Assembly: GCA_031260605.1 (NCBI GenBank)
Contig: JAISLF010000064.1
Coordinates: 1-61,599 of the forward strand
Length of the DNA: 61,599 nt
Source: Oscillospiraceae bacterium
Lineage (GTDB): Bacteria > Bacillota > Clostridia > Oscillospirales > Oscillospiraceae
Direction of reading: 5' to 3'
The stretch's first letter is position 1. Each line of letters begins with the position of its first letter. Position numbers and translations under genes: made by a program. The notes below the pieces were generated by a model. It had not been told where the DNA came from. It searched no databases and saw only the letters and a list, made by a program, of their open reading frames with translations. Positions 46,349 to 53,989 of the stretch are shown here, one piece after another.

Positions 46349-46382
46349 AAAATTGTTATGGCGGCGAACGTCCATAACAATT
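46349..46382. promoter_or_regulatory. Operator-like 12-bp perfect inverted repeat (aaattgttatgg N10 ccataacaattt) plus a third half-site
   Basis: Seen directly. A further attgttat copy lies at 46336-46343. All lie upstream of the mini-ORF/rSAM on the minus strand. Confidence 0.35.
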
Positions 46383-46414
46383 TCCAGAAAAACAGCTCCA
46401 CGTTTTAGACATGA

Positions 46415-46450
46415 GAAAAGCCCGAAACCTCTTGCGGTTCCGGGCTTTCA
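46415..46450 (-). terminator. Rho-independent terminator, inferred to be the original terminator of the tRNA-Ser gene
   Basis: Minus strand GAAAGCCCGGAACC-GCAAGA-GGTTTCGGGCTTTTC, with one G-U, followed by TCATG. It sits 1 nt downstream of the TCTCCGCCA repeat. Confidence 0.65.
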
Positions 46451-46459
46451 TGGCGGAGA
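46451..46459. repeat. Left copy of the 9-bp direct repeat TGGCGGAGA (tRNA 3' end TCTCCGCCA); candidate att core of the satellite
   Basis: Identical 9-mer at 58984-58992, where it forms the 3' end of the tRNA-Ser fragment. Confidence 0.5.
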
Positions 46460-46523
46460 TATAGGCACCGCGCCCCTTAAACCTTGATATATCAACGCTT
46501 TTCCCGTCTGTGGCACTTGATTT

Positions 46524-46532
46524 GGTGTTTAT
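46524..46532 (+). repeat. GGTGTTTAT motif (left-end copy); candidate integrase arm-type site
   Basis: The same 9-mer occurs three times at the right end (58849, 58860, inverted at 58876). The 16-nt match tttggtgtttatttgg is shared between the two ends. Confidence 0.4.
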
Positions 46533-46589
46533 TTGGCGCATATTGTCCTGCTGCGTGGCGGCGCAAAATGGGGCTGCGCTGTGCGCCAG

Positions 46590-46802
46590 TTATCGCACTG
46601 GTTTGTAGTATTCACCGCCGCTTTCTATGTAGGCTTCAAGCACTTTGCGGGTGATGTAGCAACGTGTGCCGCACCGGATAACCGGAAAAGCTCCTGTCTT
46701 GATTAGCCCACGCAATCCGAATTCTGGGAAAGCGTATTCCCGCGCGGCTTCTCTGATAGTCATAATAACTTTCTGCTTTGCTGGTTCTGTTGGCGTGTTC
46801 AT
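46590..46802 (-). CDS. Excisionase-family helix-turn-helix protein
   Basis: 70 aa from the ATG at 46802. MTIREAAREYAFPEFGLRGLIKTGAFPVIRCGTRCYITRKVLEAYIESGG fits the HTH_17/excisionase pattern. Confidence 0.65.
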   Translation of the reverse strand: MNTPTEPAKQKVIMTIREAAREYAFPEFGLRGLIKTGAFPVIRCGTRCYITRKVLEAYIESGGEYYKPVR

Positions 46803-46894
46803 TGAATTTTCTCCTTTTGTTTTGTGTGGCGAAAATCCCTTGTACGCAAGTATATTATACCGCCCAACGCAACGGCATGTCAAGAAAATTTTGC

Positions 46895-46923
46895 TTGCGT
46901 TTTGGGTCGAATTGTGCTATACT
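46895..46923 (+). promoter_or_regulatory. Candidate extended -10 promoter of the CPBP cargo operon
   Basis: TTGCGT (46895-46900), 17-nt spacer ending in TGC, TATACT (46918-46923). Confidence 0.45.
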
Positions 46924-46984
46924 TTATAAGTGCATTTTTGCCTGCGGGCAGAAATGCTATAAACTCACGAAAGGGGAGATAACT

Positions 46985-47593
46985 ATGGATTTGTTAACCG
47001 CAAAAAGAAGGGTACTTTTTTCGTGTCTGCTTGCGTTAGTATATATCGGGTTACCTCTACTTTTACTTTTTGGGGTTATTGATTTTAACTATAAATTTTA
47101 TGCGCTTACGGTCGGTGCTATTATTGTCTATGCAATAGGCAAAATGTTCAAGCTCTCGAATGCTGAAATGGGCATAACTATTAGTGGCACGAAAAGGTCC
47201 ATTATATATATATTACCTTTAACGATAGTCCTTGCTATCGTTGGTATCATAATGTGGATTAGTGGTTTTTCGAGAATCACGCCTAATGAAAGCTGGACAT
47301 TTTTTATTTTTTACATATTTATATCATCGCCAGTTCAAGAGTTTTTATACCGCGGAGTATTAGAAGCTGCATTTTTGAAATTCAAAATGCCTTATATTGT
47401 TAGAATGATTGTGGTGTCTGCTTTGTACAGCTTTGTGCATATAATATATAGGGATTTTCTCACGTTGGTACTTACTTTCGTAATAGGTGTTATATGGTTT
47501 GCTTGCTATCAAAAACCCAAAAACTTGATTGGCGTTTCGATTAGCCATGCTGTTCTTGGCTTTGTGACAATTGTAGCAGGGATAATAAACTAA
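46985..47593 (+). CDS. CPBP-family intramembrane glutamic endopeptidase (CAAX protease/Abi family)
   Basis: 202 aa from the ATG at 46985, with GGGGAG 7 nt upstream. It carries the motifs SPVQEFLYRG (EExxxR-like), SFVHIIY (FxxxH) and SHAVLG. It is polytopic and AT-rich. Confidence 0.78.
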   Translation: MDLLTAKRRVLFSCLLALVYIGLPLLLLFGVIDFNYKFYALTVGAIIVYAIGKMFKLSNAEMGITISGTKRSIIYILPLTIVLAIVGIIMWISGFSRITPNESWTFFIFYIFISSPVQEFLYRGVLEAAFLKFKMPYIVRMIVVSALYSFVHIIYRDFLTLVLTFVIGVIWFACYQKPKNLIGVSISHAVLGFVTIVAGIIN

Positions 47594-48342
47594 TGGGAGA
47601 ACGAAAAAAGAAAAGGGGTAAATCTCAAAAAAAACGGCAAGGTTTCCAGCGTGACGTTTTGCCGATTATGTCGCAAGATAAATCCAAGCAAAAATCTATT
47701 CCAGAAATGCAACAACATGCGGAAGAAAATAAGGTGGATTTTTCGTATGAAGTGATTATCTTGATAGTGTCATTGCTACATGGAAATTTATTCTTTTTGT
47801 TAGCAGATAAACTTATTAACTTGTTGAATAAGTTTTCATTTTCTTCGTTATCATATCTAATATTTTTCACATCGGTTTTTATTAGAGTTTTTCAAACTCA
47901 TATTTTAGCAGCAATAAAAAGTAGCGGCAAATGGATTTTTAAGCCGACAGATTTTATCTATGTTTTTTTCACTGCTCTTTTTGAGTACCTTCTGTTTTCG
48001 AGTGATAAAATAACGAAAATAGGAGTAAATTTGTATTTCTACTTAATATTTGCATATTGTGTTTTTGGAATATTCGGATATTTATTAACCTATCTACGTT
48101 CAAGAAAAAGCTGTGATGCAAAGTATCTTGACACAGAAGCAACAACACAAACAATAAACATTATGGTGGTTTTTATTGTGGGTGTTTTGCATTTGGGCTA
48201 TTATTTTTCTGCTTTTGCTTCTTATGTTTCTATTGACTGCATTAGCTATATATCTTCTTTTTTGTTATTGCTTAACGTCTATACATCTTTGAAATTGAGC
48301 GAAACACAATTGAAACAAACTCTTTTAGGGAATAGCACTTAA
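47593..48342 (+). CDS. Polytopic membrane protein of unknown function with a Lys/Arg-rich N-terminal tail
   Basis: 249 aa, with its start overlapping the CPBP stop (TAATG). About 6 predicted TM segments. I recognise no motif. AT-rich. The N-terminal start is uncertain. Confidence 0.5.
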   Translation: MGERKKKRGKSQKKRQGFQRDVLPIMSQDKSKQKSIPEMQQHAEENKVDFSYEVIILIVSLLHGNLFFLLADKLINLLNKFSFSSLSYLIFFTSVFIRVFQTHILAAIKSSGKWIFKPTDFIYVFFTALFEYLLFSSDKITKIGVNLYFYLIFAYCVFGIFGYLLTYLRSRKSCDAKYLDTEATTQTINIMVVFIVGVLHLGYYFSAFASYVSIDCISYISSFLLLLNVYTSLKLSETQLKQTLLGNST

Positions 48343-48348
48343 TTTATT

Positions 48349-48666
48349 CTATACCCCCCTTTTCCGCGCCCAAACGCCAATATCCCCCTTGTACCCCTCG
48401 AACACGTCCACGCGGGAAATATCGTACAGCACGCCCCTGTACCGCACAACGTGGGCGGTCGTGATGTCGTCACGCCAGTTTATCACAAATAGCACTTCCT
48501 CGACGGCCTGAACGCTCATAGCGGCATGAATTTCTTTGCCGGATAGTTGCCGGAAATACGCCCACAGGGGCGGCGCGATTGGCGTTAGTGTTTCGGTTGT
48601 AAAGCCCTCTGCGTCCTTTGCGGTCGTAACCGCCAGCACCTCAATTTTCTTGTCTTTCAGCTTCAT
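48349..48666 (-). CDS. Phage head closure / head-tail adaptor protein
   Basis: 105 aa. Size and the pattern (..FRQLSGKEIHAAMSVQAVEEVLFVINWRDDIT..RYRGVLYDI..V) fit the HK97/SPP1-type head-closure family. Confidence 0.65.
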   Translation of the reverse strand: MKLKDKKIEVLAVTTAKDAEGFTTETLTPIAPPLWAYFRQLSGKEIHAAMSVQAVEEVLFVINWRDDITTAHVVRYRGVLYDISRVDVFEGYKGDIGVWARKRGV

Positions 48667-48702
48667 AATATACCCCTTTCGGTGACTCCGTGTTTCACGG
48701 GG

Positions 48703-50352
48703 TCATATCGCCCCCGTAAATTCTGTAAAGTGTTCGTACAAGCCCACAAAACAATCAAGCAATGCCGCCGCGCCGTCTATACGTTGCCGCGGCGATTGGT
48801 TTTTGACGGGCACAATGTTGCCGTTTCGGTCAATTTGTACGCCTGTGTTCGACAAGCACCATTTCAAAATCGGGTTGTTATTGTAAATAACCTTGTGGGC
48901 TTGCAGGTCAACGCCTAACATTTGCATAGGCAGGGACAGCGTGCGCGGGCCTTGAATGCACCGCACCATATTAAAGCCGTTGAGCGTCATTTCATCTACA
49001 AAATAGCGTGCCGAATAGGAATCATAATAAACCCACGTCGGGACAAGCTCATATTGCTGTACCGTTTCCACAAACCACGCTGTAACGTCGCTGTAATTGA
49101 TACTGTTGCCCATGCAAAGCCGCAATAGCCCGCGCCGCGCCCATTCGTCATAGGGTATTCTATCTTGTGTGACGCGCTCTTGTAGGCGGTCGGCGGGCAA
49201 GAAATACATTTGCGATATATACTTGCGGTCGTCGCCGCGCTTCATAAATAACAGGCTTGCACAAGTCAGGTCGGTTGTAATGGACAGGTCAACGCCGCCG
49301 ATACAGTACGCCCCGCGAAAATCTTCAAGGTTGAAAGTTTCGGTATTGTTGATGTCGTCAAAGGATAACCACGCGCTTTTTGACGTTTCCCGTATGTTAA
49401 AATGCTTGCACAATAGCCCGGACAGTTCCGACGGGTTTTGCCGTGCCCGTTCCACCTCGGCGGTGAGCGTGTCTATTTTCTTTACCGTGCCCAACGCTGG
49501 ATTGGCCTTTATCCACGCGGCGGGGTCGCTCCACTCTGCGCGGTTGTCAAGCTCATACAGCACGGGCAAAAACCGTTCGTCGGTGATTGCCCCGTCTGCC
49601 ACCTGCACGGCGTATGTGTATAAATCGTCAAAGACGTTTTCGCGGGTTGTGCCGGCGGTGGTGAGCATTAAAAGCATAGGTTGTCGGCGGGCTGTTTGGC
49701 TCTGTTTCAGCACTTCATAAAGGGTTTTATCTTTTACGGCGTGTAATTCGTCAAGTAGGACTAAATGAGCGTTTAGCCCGTCCAGCGTGTCCGAATTGCG
49801 CGCCAGCGGCTGCATTTTAGAAAAATTGGGCTCATAGAGTAAATCATTCTTGCGCTTGCGAAAATGCTTTGACAGTTCCGGCGACTGCTTCACCATAGCC
49901 AAAACTTCATCAAAAATCAAGCGGCTTTGCGCGTATTTGGTCGCCGCTGTGTAGACTTCCGCGCCGCCCTCATTGTCGGACGTGAGCATATAGAGCGCAA
50001 GAGCGGCGGCAAGGGTCGATTTGCCGTTTTTGCGCCCTACAAGGAAAAAGCCCTCGCGGTATTTCCGCAAGCCGTGGGTGTCCACAAAGCCGAATAACGC
50101 TTGCACAAACGCCTTTTGAAACAGTTCCAGCGTGACAGGTTTCCCGGCATATTCGCCCTTGCTGTGCTTGCAAAAACGCTCGATAAATTCAATGGGGCGA
50201 TTGGCGCGGGCTTCATCAAAAATATATCGTCCGACGAATTTCGTCGAATGGGCACAGTCGGCGGCAAGGCGGGCATACACGGCTTTTACGCGCCCACAAG
50301 CGGGGATTTCCCCCGCCTGCAACGCGTTGTTATATTGTATGATGTAATTCAT
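48703..50352 (-). CDS. terL: Terminase large subunit
   Basis: 549 aa. Walker A GRKNGKST and a C-terminal nuclease-like domain. ATGA overlap with the upstream small gene. Confidence 0.88.
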   Translation of the reverse strand: MNYIIQYNNALQAGEIPACGRVKAVYARLAADCAHSTKFVGRYIFDEARANRPIEFIERFCKHSKGEYAGKPVTLELFQKAFVQALFGFVDTHGLRKYREGFFLVGRKNGKSTLAAALALYMLTSDNEGGAEVYTAATKYAQSRLIFDEVLAMVKQSPELSKHFRKRKNDLLYEPNFSKMQPLARNSDTLDGLNAHLVLLDELHAVKDKTLYEVLKQSQTARRQPMLLMLTTAGTTRENVFDDLYTYAVQVADGAITDERFLPVLYELDNRAEWSDPAAWIKANPALGTVKKIDTLTAEVERARQNPSELSGLLCKHFNIRETSKSAWLSFDDINNTETFNLEDFRGAYCIGGVDLSITTDLTCASLLFMKRGDDRKYISQMYFLPADRLQERVTQDRIPYDEWARRGLLRLCMGNSINYSDVTAWFVETVQQYELVPTWVYYDSYSARYFVDEMTLNGFNMVRCIQGPRTLSLPMQMLGVDLQAHKVIYNNNPILKWCLSNTGVQIDRNGNIVPVKNQSPRQRIDGAAALLDCFVGLYEHFTEFTGAI

Positions 50353-50615
50353 ATGACCAAAAGCCCCCGCGTGTCGTACACCGACGGTTTGTTAAAATCT
50401 GTGAGCGCGTCCACCGCGCCTGCGTTTTCGCTCTGCTCCTCGCTTACAAGTGACAACTGCAATTTTGCCGCGTCCATATAGGATTTCAGCAAGGCGCGGT
50501 ATTCCTTCGTGTCGCCTTCAATTTCTGCGCCGCGTAATGCCTGCGTGAGAAAAATTAACTTGTCGTTCAACTCGCGGATAACCTGCCCGCGCTCTTTGTT
50601 GTAATTGGTTTTCAT
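50349..50615 (-). CDS. Putative terminase small subunit
   Basis: 88 aa from the ATG at 50615 (MKTNYNKERGQVIRELNDKL...). It lies between the HNH and terL genes, as in HK97-like cos modules. Sequence evidence is weak. Confidence 0.4.
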   Translation of the reverse strand: MKTNYNKERGQVIRELNDKLIFLTQALRGAEIEGDTKEYRALLKSYMDAAKLQLSLVSEEQSENAGAVDALTDFNKPSVYDTRGLLVI

Positions 50616-50905
50616 TATAATTGCCCCTTTCTGATGTCGCCCTCGGCGGTAAATTCTAACCCCTGCAATATCGCCCCGCCTGTGCCGTAATGCTCGGTGT
50701 TGTGGCATTCGATACACAAACTTTCAAGCAAGGCGGCGTTTAGGGATATGGCCGGGTCGGCTATGTTGCGGCTGTTTAGGTGTGTTTTGTGGTGCGCAAT
50801 GTCGGCGGGCTTGCCGCAGCGCTCGCATAGGTAACTTTGGCTTGTGAGAAATGCCCGCGATAACCGCCGCCACGCTTTACTATTGTAAAATGCTGCTTGT
50901 GTCAT
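50615..50905 (-). CDS. HNH endonuclease (packaging-associated)
   Basis: 96 aa. CERCGK...HH...N...CIECHNTEH motif. Confidence 0.8.
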   Translation of the reverse strand: MTQAAFYNSKAWRRLSRAFLTSQSYLCERCGKPADIAHHKTHLNSRNIADPAISLNAALLESLCIECHNTEHYGTGGAILQGLEFTAEGDIRKGQL

Positions 50906-51174
50906 ACTATTTGCCTTTCCGCGCTCAACGCTTTTAACAGACAGTCAATAACGTGCTGTAATTTGGCGGTGTCGCTGTTTTCGCCGTAATACCATTGTTG
51001 CAGGATAAACCGCCCGGCGGTCTTGGCGACGGGGGAATAATCCCCCGTTGCTGTGTACCCTGTTGTTTCGGTCAGATAGTCCGGGATTGCTTCAATGAGC
51101 GGCTGTATTATGCCGTCATTGTCCGCGCCGTCAATCCGCAATATGTCCCGCGCTTCCTCGATTGTAAAAATCAT
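50902..51174 (-). CDS. Head-tail connector (gp6-like) protein
   Basis: 90 aa from the ATG at 51174 (MIFTIEEARDILRIDGADNDGIIQPLIEAIPDYL...). ATGA overlaps on both sides. Confidence 0.65.
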   Translation of the reverse strand: MIFTIEEARDILRIDGADNDGIIQPLIEAIPDYLTETTGYTATGDYSPVAKTAGRFILQQWYYGENSDTAKLQHVIDCLLKALSAERQIV

Positions 51175-52655
51175 GCTGTTACCTCGATTTTGACAAAGGC
51201 GGCGGGCAAAATCGGCTTTGCGTCGGCAATGCACAACGCTCTAAAATCCACAAGGCCAGATGTAAACCCGCTTTCGCGGCTAACCTCGATTGCCACGCCC
51301 TGCGGGACATTGGCGCCGTAATATTTGAAATTGCCGAATAGGATTGTGCCGGCGGGTATATTGTCGTCCAACACCACAGGAAACCCAAAAAATCGGTGTG
51401 TGCCGCCGCTTTCGGTGTCGGTGAAAAGATATGCGCCTGTGGAATCTTTCAGCGGGTACACGTTGCTGAATAATGTCGCGGTGGACATGGCGAATTTTGC
51501 GCCGCCTGCATATCCGGCGGGCAGTTTGGCGATGGCTTGCAACAAATTGTCGGCGGTGATGGTCGCAACCGATAAGCTGTTTTGTGCGTTCCATGTAATG
51601 CCGGACAAAATGCCCTGCGGCTGCCCTGTGCCGGTCCCGTTGACGATAGCCGCGCCGATAGCGTCGGTTATGCTGTTTTTGAGTTCGGCGGTCAGGTAGT
51701 TTTCAAAGGCCGATAATTCCATGCGCCTAACCGTCGCCGACAAAGACAGGATTTTCAAGAGTTCAAAGGCGCTGAATGTTACCGACGTTGTAGTGATGTT
51801 TTTGCGGTCGGTGGGTTGCCCCTCAACGTGCCAGCTTGCCGCGTCGGTAGGTGTGCCGATAGGGATTGACAGGTTCGCCGGGACATTGAAAAGCCGGATT
51901 TCATTGTATAGGCCGTTGATGTCGCGGGCTTGGGTGATAACCTCGTTCAGGGTTTGCGTGGGCACAACCGCCGCGCTGGTAGATAGGGTGTTGAACGCGT
52001 CGGCTCGTTTTTCAGCTTTGGCGGTGCTCATGGCGCGGGTTTCCCCGTCGGTGAGTTCCTGCCCTAACAGGGATTTGTAAAAGGCCGTGCGGTATTCCGG
52101 GGTGGCGTGGGTGTCCGTTTGTGACACAGGCTTTTCAAGGCTTTGTAAAATGGGATTGTACATGGTGGTTTCCTCTTTCTGCGCGTTTCGCGCCGTGATT
52201 TTGGTTTGCGGGTATGCCGCCCGCGTGACTGCGCTTAGTTCGTATACCTTGCTGATTTTGGTAACTGTGCGGGTCTTGGTCTGCTCGTTATAATCGCTTT
52301 GGGCGATGTCGAACATAAAGGACATTTGCGACAAGTCCCCCCGCTTTATGGCGGTATGGAGTTCGCGCCCGCGCTCGGTGTCGGGCAGGGTCGCGGACAT
52401 TTGCAAGCCCTCTGCGGTGACGGCAAGCGTCATGGTTTCGGGGCTGCGCGCCAGCGGGATTGATTGGTTATCGTGGTTGACTTGCAACGTGATGTTTGAC
52501 AAGTCCACGCCGTCCAGCGCGCCCGGGCTGATGATTTCCGTAACGTCGCCGATTTGGGCGGGCTGGTCAAACACAATCGGCAAGCCCTCCACGATTAACG
52601 GCTTGTCGCTGTCTGCTCGGACGTTATACGCCCTTGTCTGGGTCTGTGTGCTCAT
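51171..52655 (-). CDS. Fused HK97-type prohead protease and major capsid protein
   Basis: 494 aa. The N-terminal ~160 aa are prohead-protease-like (LIVEGLPIVFDQP...LQVNHD). The C-terminal ~290 aa are HK97-fold capsid-like (AAVVPTQTLNEVITQARD...LSIPIGT...). Confidence 0.75.
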   Translation of the reverse strand: MSTQTQTRAYNVRADSDKPLIVEGLPIVFDQPAQIGDVTEIISPGALDGVDLSNITLQVNHDNQSIPLARSPETMTLAVTAEGLQMSATLPDTERGRELHTAIKRGDLSQMSFMFDIAQSDYNEQTKTRTVTKISKVYELSAVTRAAYPQTKITARNAQKEETTMYNPILQSLEKPVSQTDTHATPEYRTAFYKSLLGQELTDGETRAMSTAKAEKRADAFNTLSTSAAVVPTQTLNEVITQARDINGLYNEIRLFNVPANLSIPIGTPTDAASWHVEGQPTDRKNITTTSVTFSAFELLKILSLSATVRRMELSAFENYLTAELKNSITDAIGAAIVNGTGTGQPQGILSGITWNAQNSLSVATITADNLLQAIAKLPAGYAGGAKFAMSTATLFSNVYPLKDSTGAYLFTDTESGGTHRFFGFPVVLDDNIPAGTILFGNFKYYGANVPQGVAIEVSRESGFTSGLVDFRALCIADAKPILPAAFVKIEVTA

Positions 52656-53763
52656 TTTCTAATACCTCACCTTTCATTTGATATTGATTTGCTGTTTTCG
52701 CGTCAACATAGTTGAGCGATTGCAACCGTTTGTCGCCGTCCTCGACGGGTGGCAGGGCAAGCAGTTTGCGCGCTTCATTGACGGATAGAACGCCCAACGC
52801 ACCCGCTTCATGGAGTAGGGATATTTTTGTTTTGGCGGCTGAAAACTCCAACCGCTCCGACGTGAATTTCACGGCAACGCCGCATTTTCGGCTAAATTCA
52901 AGGCTCATTTGGATTGCCAGCGGCTCAATACAGCTTTCATAAAATGCGCTGAATGCGTCCTCGGAATAATTGCCGCTGATGATGTCCTCGCTAACCCCTA
53001 AATAGCGGTATATTTGCGCGTTGACGGCGTTTACCTGTGTTTCGGGGATTGTGTAGGGGGCTGTGGCTATCGGCTCAAAATTGTACCGCATATCCGTGGC
53101 CGCAATGCCGCCCTGATTGCCAGCGATAAAATCCCGGACAAAAGTTTCTTTTTCAAGCCGGATTTGTTCGGGGTTTGTCAGGCTGGTAAACTTCAACACG
53201 CCGCGCAAGGCTACGCCGTTTTTGGTCGCCGCGCTGATACCCTGCTGCAAAACCTCGGCGGTATCAAGCAGGGGGAACAACGGCGCGTTGTTGTCGCCTA
53301 ACAGTTCGCCGCCGCCAAAAAAGCGGCGCAAGTGGATAATGTCGCCGTATGGGAATAGCACTTGCCGCCCGTCGGCAAAGCGCATTTGCGCGTATAAGGC
53401 GCCGTCTGTGCCTTGCTGAAATTCCACGCTGGACGGGTTGAGGGGATAAAACGCCGTCACATTTGCGCCGTCACGCTCTATCAATACAAAGCCGTTATTT
53501 TGCGTGTAGTACGCGGTTGTCAGCTTGTATAACAGGTCGTACCCGCTCATGTAGGGGTTGGGGCTTGTGGTGAGCAAGGTTTCTATGGCGGCCCCGTCGC
53601 TGTGGGCGGTGAGCTTGGCGGCGTGTCTGCCGATGGTATCCACGGCGGCACGGAAAACGGCATTGCCCCACGCGCTGCCGCCGAAACTCTGAAACTGATT
53701 GTCAATACTGATAACGGCGGCTTGCTGTTTGGGCTTGGGTCTGAATAGCGATAATAGGTTCAT
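52624..53763 (-). CDS. Phage portal protein (HK97 family)
   Basis: 379 aa. Typical length and position upstream of the protease/capsid gene. Portal-like sequence (..NPYMSGYDLLYKLTTAYYTQNNGFVLIERD..). Confidence 0.8.
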   Translation of the reverse strand: MNLLSLFRPKPKQQAAVISIDNQFQSFGGSAWGNAVFRAAVDTIGRHAAKLTAHSDGAAIETLLTTSPNPYMSGYDLLYKLTTAYYTQNNGFVLIERDGANVTAFYPLNPSSVEFQQGTDGALYAQMRFADGRQVLFPYGDIIHLRRFFGGGELLGDNNAPLFPLLDTAEVLQQGISAATKNGVALRGVLKFTSLTNPEQIRLEKETFVRDFIAGNQGGIAATDMRYNFEPIATAPYTIPETQVNAVNAQIYRYLGVSEDIISGNYSEDAFSAFYESCIEPLAIQMSLEFSRKCGVAVKFTSERLEFSAAKTKISLLHEAGALGVLSVNEARKLLALPPVEDGDKRLQSLNYVDAKTANQYQMKGEVLENEHTDPDKGV

Positions 53764-53863
53764 CTGGTCGCGCTCCTTTCAAAATATTTTTGCCGTGGAG
53801 AGGAAAAGTTACCTCCCACGTCGGTGTTGGGCGGTCGTGCTTTTTCCGTCACGGTGGGGGGTG

Positions 53864-53965
53864 ATGTAGGGCAATGTAGGCTAAAACATAAACTTTTCAT
53901 AGAACGTATTTTTTGAAAATTTCTTGTATAGAGGAGTTTTATATTTCCCCTACATTGCCCTACAT
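53864..53965. repeat. Iteron pair (ATGTAGG x2, inverted x2) flanking a 68-bp AT-rich spacer; candidate replication origin
   Basis: atgtagggcaatgtagg (53864-53880) and its perfect reverse complement cctacattgccctacat (53949-53965). They lie immediately downstream of the primase-helicase gene. Confidence 0.45.
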
Positions 53966-53989
53966 TGATTTTAGAAAAACATAGCCTTT

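Noticed and set aside
46518-46538. The 16-nt match tttggtgtttatttgg (also at 58846-58861) considered as the att core of the island.
   Set aside because: At the right end the motif is reiterated (two direct copies and one inverted) and lies inside the element relative to the tRNA end. This fits arm-type binding sites better than a crossover core. The 9-bp tRNA-end repeat plus the terminator context is the better core candidate. Both remain unproven.
46356-46541. 61-aa minus-strand ORF between the rSAM gene and the excisionase gene.
   Set aside because: It spans the terminator hairpin, the 9-bp att repeat and the palindromic operator. It has no SD or motif.
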